Positions 14,750 through 28,409 of a stretch of 64,000 nucleotides of DNA are shown piece by piece. The position numbers and the translations under genes are program-made. The notes beneath the pieces were generated by a model, which did not search any database, was not told the origin of the DNA, and saw only the letters and a list, made by a program, of their open reading frames with translations. Each line of letters opens with the position of its first letter. Positions within the stretch are counted from its first letter, which is position 1. The DNA is from Chrysomallon squamiferum. Lineage: Eukaryota; Animalia; Mollusca. The DNA is taken from assembly GCA_012295275.1 (NCBI GenBank), contig CM022673.1:13144001-13208000 (forward strand), written 5' to 3'.

Positions 14750-16408
14750 TGTTTGTTGTCACTAAATCTGCCACAGTTTCTAAGATGTGCTTGAAATGTT
14801 TTGCAAATGTAAACAAGCCATAAAAAGCCAGCAGATCAGTTTGAGGATAACAGAGTTTCATTTGATTCGGTCTGTTGACAGAATTGAGTGATTTATTTTT
14901 AAATCTTCTTCATCTGCTCTTTTATCACATAATTTCATCATCACAGTGTTTCTGTTTACTCAACAGAAATGTTTTAAAATCTTTTTTATCTGTCACTTTT
15001 GTATTCATTATCATTATTATTATTACTACTACTACTATCATTATTACTATTATTATTATAATTACTAATACTACTACTATTACTACTACTACTACTATTA
15101 GTACTACTAACTACTATTATTATTCTATTTCTTGATTTTCTTTAATTATTTTATTAATATTTTTTTTTGTCTGTTAAAGCTTTTTTTCTATTTTTTTTTT
15201 CTTTTTCACTGTTTTATAATGATAGAGAAATGTGCCTTTTGGCTTAATTTTCCTGGGAGTGTAAATTTACTCAGTAAAACAATTATTTGTTGTCAGAAAT
15301 AAGACAACAACATTCTGTTGACTTTAAAATCTTCAGCTTCATATTTTCTCACAAGCTACAGAGAAAAAAAATGGAAGAAAAAAAAGAAGAAGAACAAAAA
15401 TAAGCAGAACTGAAGGAAGTAAAAAAACAACAACATTTGATACGTAACTTTCATAAAACTTTTTTCTATTTTAAATTAAATTAATAATTTTTTGTTTTTT
15501 GTTTTTTTTGTTCATAATTAAAATCTGGATTAATAAAATAATTAAAATTAGAAGAAGCAAAATTATCTTTCTCTTTTTTCTTTTGTAATTCTTTCTCTTT
15601 TTCTTTCTCCTTTTGTCTCTTTTATATTTTTCTCTTTCTTTAACATTCATTCTATCCAACACATTCTGTCTTCCATTCTTTTGTCCCCTCTGTCTGTCTC
15701 TTAATTTCTATCTATCATATTTCAGTCTCTCTCTCTCTCTCTCTGATTCTTCTCTGAATCTCTCTTTATCTGACTTTTTGTCTGTCTCTTTCTCTCTGTT
15801 TCTCATATTTTACATCTTCCATTATGTTTCTTATTTTTACATCTTGCTCTCCATTATTAACAAAATGACCACACCCATGGGAATATCAGCAGTATTTCAC
15901 TTTCGCTGCATACAGAAATAACTACACAGTGAAACAATGGAACCACTGAAGCAGCTTTCTGTCCCATACATATCCCACAATCCATCACACACCCACAGAC
16001 TTCCTCCACACTCCATATTTAATGAGCCTAATTCACCATGAATCGCCTGTTTTTCAATTTCCACCATTCACCTAATAAAATATTTAGGCCATTAATAGCG
16101 TGCACCACCCTAACTCATAATATATGCATGATGCTATTTTCTATAAGGAATATGATAGTTTTTGCATAGGTGGTAGCATTTCTATGGATGAGGTCATGTT
16201 ATATTAATAATAATTGCAGCAGAGATGTACTGATCATAACAATAATAAAAAAAATGTAATTCTCCAATTTTCAATGCTAATTTCAATGTTAAATTATAAA
16301 GAATAAGATATCTTTCAATAACCATACTGTAGTCATATTCTTTCTCTCTTTCCCTCTGTCTTTTTCCTTCTTTCTCTGTCTTTCTCTGTGTATCTCTACA
16401 TGTATGTA

Positions 16409-16442
<34 letters not shown>

Positions 16443-16549
16443 TATGTATGTATCTATGTATGTATCTATACACACACACGTTTCTTTCTTTCTGTCTTTC
16501 TTTCTTTTTTCTATCTCATTCTCTCAATATTTCAGGTTCTCTCTCTTTA

Positions 16550-16619
<70 letters not shown>

Positions 16620-17414
16620 ATTTTATTCTCACTCTTACATTTTTATTTCACTTTCCTTCTTCTTATTCTGTCCCATCCAATCATTCTGTACTTCTAAATT
16701 TCTTTTAATATCCAAACATTATTCTTTTTTTTTCACTTGTAAAATAACAATAATCAAAATCATAATTAAAATAATAAAAATAAAACCTTTCAGCAATTCT
16801 ATAACTTGAACTGTTCTTAATTCCTTAGAGATCTCCAAAGTCAAAGGTCAAACGTGGAAACTGACCAATGAGAAATAAGAAGAGACAGAACCAATCAAAC
16901 TAATGCTTTCTACTGCACTTAATAGAACTAAAATTCCAATCTAAAATTAATCTGAAAGCATTATAAAATGAAACTATTCTACAGGGGCAGGTCTAGGCTT
17001 TCTGGGGGGGGGGGGTTCCATTATTGAAGTGAGAAGGAGAGAAGAAGGTACAAAATATTAAAGAAAAAAGAAAAACAAAATTCATGATTTGCAAAAGACA
17101 TTAGTGAGATATGGAAAGTGATGGACCCTTGAATCTGTTTCTGGTTTAATACTGTTTAAGTAAGCCCAGATCAGGTGCCACAACACTGCTAACATAATAA
17201 ACCACATTAATATCAAAATAATCAAATAATTTCTCTCCTTTTTTTTTTCTATCAACTGATGATGGCAAATTGTTGATTTGCTGTCACTTCGAATAACCCG
17301 ACAACTAATATTAATACTGGGAGTATGACTGTTTCAGAGTCACCATTAATACCAGAATTGAAAACTTAGTGTTGTAAGCTAATAGTATATGATATTTTTG
17401 TTATTTTATTATTA

Positions 17415-17458
<44 letters not shown>

Positions 17459-17977
17459 GTTATTATTATTATATTGCATCAGACATTACAATAATTATTA
17501 TTAACAAATAAAATACTGAATATTTGAAGTAACAGTCACTCTCCCATACTTTTATGTACCTTTCATTGAAAGTGGTCACTGTATGTATAAATATTTTTAT
17601 CATATCTTTATTTGCCATAACAGTTAATATTGTTGTAGAATATAATTAAAAAGTTGCTGTGATCTGCTGTAACTGTTATGTATATATAGCCATGCTAAAC
17701 TCAGGATCAAATTAACAGCAAGCCTTGTAATTCTAGACTTCAGGGCTAGAGAGTCAGTCAGGAGGGGAGATCACTCTGTGTGGGTTTTAAGGACCTCCTG
17801 TAGAGACAAGAAGATAACTTACTGACTGAAACCAGTAAAACAATAGAAACAGATTTACTAACGTCACACAGGAAAATGTGTACTTGTATATGCTTGAGTC
17901 TTTCATACATACATATGTGTTATTTGGGGTGTGTATGTGTTTATGCATATATATATATGTATGTATGTATTTATGTA

Positions 17978-18027
<50 letters not shown>

Positions 18028-19758
18028 GTGAGAGAGAGGTGAGAGAGAGAGAGTGTATGTCAACATTTGCATGTAATCTATTCTGTTTGTATGAATGGAC
18101 AGATCTCTAATTTCTAATAACTGGTATCAGCTGCATCAGTGTTTAGTATTTCTCCTATAACTTGATGACTGCACCGTACCCACAACAAACGAACTTGAAC
18201 CGTGCATGTCTTGCAAAAAAAAATACATGAGATAAAATATTCTCATTGTGAGGTGAACATAGATGGAATTACGAGTCTCGACACTGTGTCCATTCTTCCG
18301 TTCAGCCGTTTTCAATGACTCTGCCACCATTTTGACTTTATCTCTGATCTGCCCTTGCGATCCACCAACTTGCAGTTCCCTGTGAGGGGAACACGAACCC
18401 CCAGCGGGTCACACCCTTGCGACACCCCACGAAACTCAAACGCACTTCAGAATGATAAGATTTCAACAAAAATGATAAACATCATCCGAGTCTTTTGTAC
18501 GAATGATTTGTGTGTGGTTATTCGACTGCTTAATTTTAATGGCTTTCAGATGGGAAATGCCAAGCTGAGCAACAAATGACAGAAAACAGAATGAAATGAA
18601 CACCGTCTATGTTTTCATTGCTGTGATAGAAAAAAAAATGCACAGTAATATCAAACTGCTGAAGAGAGGCATAAAGTGCATGGAGATAGGTAAACTTTGG
18701 ACAGTTATTTTTACTTGTTTGTGAAACATTGCAAGATTTATCGACATGGCGGCCATTTTCCTGCAGAAGTTTCTATCAGCTAACGAGACTTGTTTTCTTT
18801 GTAAACAGTTTTTACACAGCAACATTTAAAGTTTTAAAATATCAAATAGCCAGCTTCATTCTCTCCCGTTTTATTTATTTGTTTTATTACATTTGTTTTA
18901 TTTATTCTTTTGTTTGGGGTTTTTTTATGGGCGTTTTTTTTTTTTTTTACTGATTTATTTATTTTATTTTATTTTATTTTATTTTTTATTTATGTTATTT
19001 TTTTATTTTTTATTTATTTTATTATTTTATTTTATTTTATTATTTTATTTTGTTTTATTTTTTTGTTTGTTTGTTTATTTATTATTTATTTATTAATCTA
19101 TTTATTTATTCATTCATTTATTTATTAATCTATTTATTCATTTATTGATTTGTTTATTTATTTACTCATTTGTTGTTGTTGTTTTCATGGTTTTCTACTT
19201 TCATGGTTACTTATTTATTTCCCTCCAATTTATATTTTTAAATCAAATTTGTAGTAACAAAACTGAAATAAAAAAAAAACATTTTCATCTGACATTTAAA
19301 TCAATTTTTACATGAAGCAACTAATCACATTTAACTTTGAGAAGTTTACATAATTAAATAACATTGTATATTAATATCAACGTATTTATTGTATATTTGA
19401 TCAGTATCGTATTGAATTATTCAAATGAATTCAATTTCAAAAGATGCTTATTTCATTATTTTGAATATTTTATTAACTTACTCCATTTCAAAATATATTT
19501 ATTTCGTTGGAAATAAATATTTAATTAGTTATCAGTTTCAGGGGCCTTTCAACCAGTTAGTCAGTCTGTCTGTCAGAATTATAAATTAATTTGAAAACTG
19601 CTTTGAAATAAAATGTAATTTTTAAAATAAAATATAAATAAAATAAAATAAAAAAAATTTTAAAATGGAGGGAGAACTGCTTACATGTGTGTGTGTGTGT
19701 GTGTGTGTGTTGGTGTGTTTGTGAGTGTGTGTTTTTGTTTGTGTGTGTGTGTTTCTGT

Positions 19759-19790
<32 letters not shown>

Positions 19791-20301
19791 CTGTGTGTTT
19801 GTGTGATTGTGTGTGTGCACATATTTTTATATGTCTGTATTTGTATGTATTTTTATGAATCTGTGTGTATGTGTTTATCCAAATGAGGTCATTTTTATAT
19901 GAGTGTTTTGTATGTTTTTGTCACACACACACACCTAGACAACTACACATCCACACAGACATAGTTATACCAAACACACATACCTGAATGTCTGTACATC
20001 TGTATGTTATAAATATTTCTTATCTACAAACACCAGGAAATGGCCTTAAACTTTGCACTTAACTCAGTAAGAAAACATTTACTTTTAATTTGTAACCATT
20101 GGAAACCAGGTACATTATTCTAATTCACAGAACCCAGCTTGCACCCATCCAGAACACCTCCATCTCTAGACAGACAGGAGACTCACTGACTGACCCCACC
20201 CTGACCCCACCTACAATATCTCCATCTCTAGGAGACAGGAGATAAGAAGGACGGGTGCCTCTGTGTTTGAGGTGAGACAGGAAGATCAAACGTGGCTTAT
20301 C

Positions 20302-20398
20302 ACTCACAAATACTGAGTAAGTTCTCTGAGATTAGACACACAGAGAATTTCTAATTACACTGTCTGTCTGTTAACAAACACTGCTTTGTTTTAGTTAG

Positions 20399-20446
<48 letters not shown>

Positions 20447-20580
20447 CTGTGTGTCTGTGTGTGTATATATATATATATAACAGACTCACAAAGACTGAGT
20501 AAGTTCTCTGAGATTAGACACACAGAGAATTTCTAATTACACTGTCTGTCTGTTAACAAACACTGCTTTGTTTTAGTTAG

Positions 20581-20641
<61 letters not shown>

Positions 20642-20775
20642 ACAGACTCACAAAGACTGAGTAAGTTCTCTGAGATTAGACACACAGAGAATTTCTAATT
20701 ACACTGTCTGTCTGTTAACAAACACTGCTTTGTTTTAGTTAGATGTGTGTGTGTGTGTGTGTGTCTGTGTGTTTA

Positions 20776-20820
<45 letters not shown>

Positions 20821-21095
20821 CAGACTCACAAAGACTAAGTAAGTTCTCTGAGATTAGACACACAGAGAATTTCTAATTACACTGTCTGCCTGTTAACAAA
20901 CACTGCTTTGTTTTAGTTAGGTGTGTGTGTGTGTGTGTGTTTGTGTGTATCTGTCTGTGTGTGTGTATATATATATATAACAGTATATAAGATTAGGAGA
21001 ATTTCATATGTCTGTCTGTTAACAAACACTTCTTTGTTTTAGTTAGATGTGGGTGTGTGTGTGTCTGTCTGTCTGTGTATGTCTATATAACAGTA
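20302..21095. repeat. Compound tandem repeat: ~100-bp core plus variable (GT)n(AT)n; 4 near-identical copies and 1 degenerate
   Basis: Core actcacaaagactgagtaagttctctgagattagacacacagagaatttc...ttagat starts at 20302, 20484, 20646 and 20824; diverged copy near 20990. Confidence 0.95.
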
Positions 21096-21158
21096 TGTAA
21101 GTATGTATATATGTACACCTGATACACACAATCTTAAAACCACATGTACATATTTACA

Positions 21159-21189
<31 letters not shown>

Positions 21190-21837
21190 TCTCTTTGAAG
21201 CAGTGAAGTAAAATAACAACAATTATTCCCCTTGTTTCCATAGCACCTTGAAACTGTTTGTTCAAACATCATTAAACCTGTTGTTATGTCCATCCTTTGT
21301 TCTGTCCACTTCAGAAATCACCCTTGCCCACTCCCCTACCTCAAACTGACCACCTATTTTACCTATAATTTCATCCACCGGTCTATTATTCTGTTTCAAC
21401 ATACTTAATCCTTTTGTCCACCTCTGTAATTATTTCAGCGTTTGTCTCTGGATGGACAGCTGAACAGACAATGGACAAACAGCACAGTTACCTAATGAAC
21501 TGCCCTTGGACATGTAGGGAGGCTGTCCATGAAGCCTGGATAAAGACCCAGACAGAGTCAATAAGTATAGCTTGTAATGTGTTTGTGAATTATTAATGGA
21601 CAAGTAATACCTGTGTTATAACCACCCACCTATTTACAAAGCCATCCAGGTAAAAGAAAACACACCTGCTGGGCAAATCGTGTCCAGAGTGGATTGGGTT
21701 GGCATGATGGAGAGAAAGATAGGGAAGAGAGGAAGTCTGTGCAGGGAGAGATAAATGGATGAAAGAACTGAGAGATGGACAGAAGATAATTACAGGCATT
21801 CTAAAAGAATGATAAAATAGTGGAAAACAGAGATACA

Positions 21838-21842
<5 letters not shown>

Positions 21843-21914
<72 letters not shown>
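21843..21914. repeat. (AG)n microsatellite
   Basis: Direct reading. Confidence 0.95.
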
Positions 21915-21917
<3 letters not shown>

Positions 21918-23257
21918 TGGAAAGAGAGAGAAAGCAGAGTGAGAAAAAGGGAGAGATTAATAGATACAGTGATAACTGAATGACAGAAGGATGAACAGAA
22001 CAATCAAAAATAAAGTATAAACTAATTCTATGAGATAGACTCAAAATGTACAGACACAAAGTGGTGAATATAACAGTAGCAGAGATTAACTGCAGTGTTA
22101 TTAATCTACTAATAATAATAATAATATTATTATTATTTCAAAATTTCAATAGAAAAAATGTCTGTGATGGGAACATGTCCCAGGATGCAGAAGTGAAGGG
22201 GGGCAGGGGTTGCCGCCTCTCTGTTCTCCCACATCGGCCATTAACCATGGGACTGGATTGGTTCATCCTTTGTTTCAGTTTTTAATGTCATTGTCAGCCC
22301 TCTGTCACAACGTAAGTTTGACATTTTAAAAGCCATTCCCCCACCGAAAAGGTTGCGAAAACAAACAAAGAAAAATCTAATCTTTTCCACGCTTTAAGTG
22401 ACTCCATTAATAAATTACAGCTTAAGATACCATTGTTATTAAAACACATCAAAATGAAATGTGGGTCGGGTTAACCTTTCAAACAACTGACAAGGCTTTC
22501 GTGTTGACCCTCAGCACGTCAAGGGAGACAATTCAAGGGGAGATAACTCCGCGGACTTGATCAATATAGCAGATGGAGCTTTGTGGATGACTGCCCACTG
22601 AATAAGACCTGACACTGAAATTTTAGTTTAATTCACAGACAAAGTTTTTGCATGAAATGCTTCACGAGTGCTCCATCTTGAAAAGCAATCTCGTGAAAAT
22701 ATCTTCAACGTTTAGAAAGAGTGCAGACAGATTTCCATTAAACGTCAATTTGTCACTGCTTCCAGTTGTCTTCACTGTTGACGTTGTGTTCACGTAATTC
22801 ATTAATTATATTGTTACTCCATGAAGTAATTGCTTATTCATTCAGATAATGAATCATTATTGTTTTTATTTTTTTTTAATCCGTTTTGAAAACTGGAAAC
22901 TGTCTGTCAGTAAATATTTATTTATTATTACGACAGATCCCAGGGGATTTACTTATAACAAATATTAATATAAATATACAGTGATATTTACATATAAATA
23001 CATATGCACATATATTGTCACTACTTGCACATATATATGCACATACAAATGTAGATTATAAAGAAATATTTACATATGTTTGAATATAATGATTTAGACA
23101 GCATATATATGATATAAAAAAATAAACAGTAAATAAAAACAGATGTATGAATAAGTTTGATCTGTCTTCATTTATACAAACTCTACTCAGTGATATATGT
23201 GTGTTCATGTATGTGGATATATGTGTGTATATACTGAGTATGTAGATACAGACACAA

Positions 23258-23612
23258 ATACATACATACATTCACACACACATAAATATATACATACAAA
23301 CATACATACATACATACATACATACACACACATACATACATACACACATACATACATATACATACATACATACATACATACATACATACGACATACATAC
23401 ATACATACATACATACATACATTCACACACACATAAATATATACATACAAACATACATACATACATACATACATACATACATACATACATACATACATAC
23501 ATACATACATACATACATACACATACATACATACATACATACATACATACATACATACATACATACATACATACATACATACATACATACATACAAACAC
23601 ACACACATACAT
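23258..23612. repeat. (CATA)n microsatellite with an internal ~150-bp duplication
   Basis: The interruption cattcacacacacataaatatatacatacaaac occurs twice (about 23269 and 23420). Confidence 0.9.
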
Positions 23613-23894
23613 GTAATACACATAAGTAAGAAATAAAAGAGCACAGGTTAAGATAACAGACATCTTCTTCATGTTAAATAAAAACTTAGAGAAAAACAGA
23701 AACAAACAGGTGAACTGCATTTACAGAGAAAACTTAAAACTTTTCTGTTTGGTGGAGGAATCCATCTTGACACAGCCTCACAAATTTGTTTAGGTTTTTT
23801 TTTTTAAATTCATACAAGTAAAGAATGCAAAATAAACCTTTCCATGTTTCTATTCTTATTTGTGTGTGTGTGTGTGTGTGTGTAGATACATACA

Positions 23895-23965
<71 letters not shown>

Positions 23966-24634
23966 CACAGATAAATATATATATATACATACATACTTAC
24001 ACATGCAGACATACATACACACATATACCACACACACACACACACACATCCATATCAGATAAAATAAAAATTTAACACAAGAAAATCTCATCTTATTTGT
24101 CACCCATTACATTAATAAACACTAAGAAAGAAGAAGATAATTTATGCATTGCCTGGTGACATCAAAGAAAGCGTATGACAGACAGACAGACAGACAAAGA
24201 AAGACTGGAGAGTTAACAACTTGTCAAAACATTTACATACCCCCCCCCATTACCTCCCCAGTCACTGGATGATTGTCACGTTTACTAAAAACTGGTGATA
24301 CATTAATTCATCTTTCAAAGACAGAAACAAACTTCTTGAAATAAATTATGTAAATTTTAAACTTTGCCTTTGCATAACTTAGTAGTGTAAGCTTGCTAAT
24401 GTATCTCAGATTATTTAAAAATATTTGTTTTTTTTCTTGTTCTCATTCAGGTTATATCTCTCGCTGTCTAGCTATCTACGTATTTCTCAGTCTATTTATC
24501 TGTATGTCTGTATATCTGTATTATTTATCTATTTATTTGTTTATTTTCTGAACTCTATCTTTCATTATTTATCTCAGTTTATTTTTTTATTAACAATTTT
24601 CTATCTGTCTCAGTCTCTGTTTTCTTAACAAGAT

Positions 24635-24683
<49 letters not shown>

Positions 24684-25919
24684 AATATATAAATTTATGC
24701 AAGTAAATACACATTTCCTCTCATCAATATGTTATAATTATCTATTTATTTTTAGGAACTAAGACAAAATTACAAAACAAATGAACAAAAGAGGATGGAG
24801 TTAATTTATGTAAACTAAACAGCTGAGTGACTTTGTGCAGTGAGAAATGTCTGATTTCACACTAACTTGCTACTGACCAGATGTTGTAACGTTGTTACAG
24901 GAAGAATGGGGTTGATGTAGTTAAACACAGAACCCCACGGAGGGGGAGGGGCAAGAACTTGTCAGTGAGGTTAATTAAAAGCCAGGTAAACACAGGTAAC
25001 AAATGACAGGCAGGAAAATGACACTGAGGTGATGCTGAAATTGGACCACACCCATTTGTGTAATGTTTGTTTAAAAGTGAAGAGTTTTAAAATAAGTTTA
25101 CAAATTATGAGATGTAAAACATTTAATAATATAAAATCATGAATAAGTGAAGATATTATGAAATTGTTAAATAGATGCTGATATTAAATAAATAATTATT
25201 AAAATATAGGCCAAATTAGGAACAAACTTTATACCTTCAGGTGTGATGGTAATCAATATTATTGTTGTTGTTATTGTTATTGTTATTTATTGTTATCACA
25301 ATCATTATTATTACTATTATTGTTGCTGTTGTTATTGTTATCATGATTATGGTCTTTATTATTACTGTTGTTGTTGTTGCTGTTGTTGATGACAATGTTG
25401 TTATTTTTTTTTTTTGTAATTATCATAATCATCATCATCACTATCATCTTCATCAAGATAATCATTACTGTAATTATTCATTTTATTACTATCAACACCA
25501 TCATCATTGTAACAAAAAGATATAACATTTTCCAGTTCCTTGCACACCAAGATCAAATCTGTGACAAACCATTCCCAAGAGTCCACTAATAAAGGAAGAA
25601 ATGTGACCAGTTCAGACACAAGAACAATACCAGATACTGAAATGACCACACTGCCCACATGACCAGATAATGTCCTTGGTCTTGATGGCTACTGCTGGTC
25701 AGAGATTTATGGAGTCTAATCACGGAGGCTGGATGAATAGTTTCTTGTGGAGACACGGAGTGTTTATGTTTCCGTGGAGTAAAGCATCTGATACGGTTTT
25801 AACAGTCTGTGAAATGAAAGTGGCGGCCTCATAAAGATACACGGAGACAGATAGAATGATTGTGCCAGAGTGCAGGCTGGGAAATATGTGTGACATAAGG
25901 GAGTGAAAGAAAGAAGGGT

Positions 25920-25952
<33 letters not shown>

Positions 25953-26703
25953 GGGAGTCTGAGGAGGGGGAGATAAAGGTGGACAGAGATAGAGAGAAAG
26001 GAAGAGGGAGGGAGAAGAGAGAAAGAGAAAAAAGAGAAAAAGAGAGAGATGGAGAGAGGAAGAAGAAAGGAAAAGAGAGAGAGAGTGAGAGGAGGGGTGA
26101 GAGACAGTGAGGGATACAGAAAGAAGAAGAAAGACAAAGAAAAAAAAGAAAAAGAGAACAATAAAGAAAGATGGATTTTAAAATAACTCCCAGAGGCCTG
26201 CTAGATAACATAAATGTAACTTAAGTAATGGCCATAAGTCACAAGAGAGAATGAAGCAGATTGGTTAAAGTGTCACAGCTGTCACCCAATCAAATACATC
26301 ATTACAGAATGCTTTGTTTTCTGTCAGCAATACATTAAGCTTCCTGTTCGTGTTACATCTGACCAAATTCAAATCAGAAATTCTTTTAATTTTTATAATT
26401 ATAATCACTATTATTACTACTAGTATTTCTTTTATTTATTATTATTATTATTATGGAATATAAATATTCATTATCAGCATAATGAACTTCTGGCAATCAT
26501 TTTTTTTGTTGAAAAAAATGATAAATTTTGGAAAAATTATAGCTTACAGAGCTAGCTAGAGTTTGTTTGTTTATGAAAAAAATTGTAGTCAAAATAGATT
26601 TAGATTTTTAAAAATTATTTTACACATTGAATTTTCATGATTATGCACAATCAAAAAAAAAAAAAAATAAAATAAAAGAATAAAAAATTTAAAAATATAA
26701 TAA

Positions 26704-26745
<42 letters not shown>

Positions 26746-26834
26746 TAATAATAATAAATAAATAACAAATTAATAATAAATAAGTAAATAAGTAAATAAA
26801 TAAATTAATTAATAAGCATATAAAGAAGCAAACA

Positions 26835-26961
26835 CACAAACAAATAAGTAATTAAAAAAAAAATAATAACAACATTTTAATAAATAAATATTCACAAACA
26901 AATAAGTAATTAAAAAAAAATAATAACAACATTTTAATAAATAAATATTCACAAACAAATA
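26835..26961. repeat. ~57-bp tandem duplication
   Basis: cacaaacaaataagtaatt(a)ntaataacaacattttaataaataaatatt x2 plus a partial copy. Confidence 0.85.
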
Positions 26962-27698
26962 TCCTTTTTTTTTTTTTTTCAAATTAATAAATTTTAAAAG
27001 ACATACTTCAGAAAATAACACTAAAAAAAACAAAAATTCTAAGATTCAAATACAACTCCCAGAATCCAACAGGTGAAATATCTACAAGTATTTCACACAC
27101 TCACTATATTAAAAAAATGGGTGATATTAACTCTATTTATCACCCCCGCTGTCACATTATTAAACAAAACTAAATACTTCAGTTGTGCTGGGGATCCTCT
27201 GCTAGGGAGGAAATCAATACAGCAGATAGATGAGATAAGTTTGTGATTTTAATCAAACACAGATTAATTCACACACGTTTTCACACAATTTCTGTCGACT
27301 GGTCACTGTATTAAAGTCTGATATGTAAAATAAATGTGTCTGCACAGATAATACTGCCAACCTTGGCAAGATAAACCCATTACAAACATACTTGAACATT
27401 CTCTGATAGCAAAATTTATTAATATTTCAAAACTTTTTGACCCATAAATTTTTATTATTATTATTATAGTTAATTTATCTAGAATTAAAATTGATGCTTC
27501 TCATAATAAACTTTGTGTGTTGGTAAATATTTCAGAAAAACCAACAGAGACTCATAAGTTATATTCCTAAATTATATTTTCACTGCATCAGAATTTGGTT
27601 AAAAATTAATGGCATCTGTTTGGTATGTGGACAAAATGGTGAACTGACATAATTTTTTTTTTTTTCAAAATGTCGTCAGTTGACTACATTCTGAAAAT

Positions 27699-27739
<41 letters not shown>

Positions 27740-28376
27740 CAGGAAAGGAAAAAGAAAAAATTTAAAGAAATTGAAATTACACAAGGCAGGAAGAAAACTG
27801 AATGAACAATAAAGTCATTATCGCCATGGCAACTCATGATGAAATTTTCACCTGGTTACACAGCCATTCTTGCCTATTGTAAAAGTAGATCGTTGCCACC
27901 AGAGGTCTCTCTCGTGTGATGAGGTCATGAGGTCAGGTCAAGCAATAATCTTCACCCACCCATGAAGTCAAATGCTTGAGTGATCGGACAGTTTTAATTC
28001 TAAATTTCAAAATCTCATGTTAGAAATTTCCAGTCAAGCTGTTTTATTGTGTCAAACATGTTTGAACAGTAACAGAACTGTCCATACATCCATCATTCAC
28101 ACAAAGTGACCACTGGATCCTCATTGGTCGAGTCACTTCAGGTGTTGGCCATCTAAATGGACAAGTCAAATGGACAAAACAAATGGCCTGCAGATACAAA
28201 GAAGTGACCACAATCAATTCTTTTTTTTTTTCTTTTTACCTTTTTTTATTTTTTTGTTTTCATGAGATGTTCATTGTGAAATGTTTTCAAAACTCATGTT
28301 CATTCATTCATTCATTCACACAGAGACGATGGCAGTTTTCCCTCATTGAAAACAGATTTTGTGCATCAACAAGAAA

Positions 28377-28409
<33 letters not shown>

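Noticed and set aside
11330-17145. Possible MITE ends (cctagatccaccatg at about 11381; caggggcaggtctagg at about 16982)
   Set aside because: Too degenerate to define paired inverted repeats or target-site duplications.
19539-19560. Partial similarity to miR-133 (ttcaaccag)
   Set aside because: Seed mismatch and no hairpin.
27892-27910. CTCF-like GCCACCAGAGGTCTC
   Set aside because: The 3' half departs from the consensus; a single weak match.
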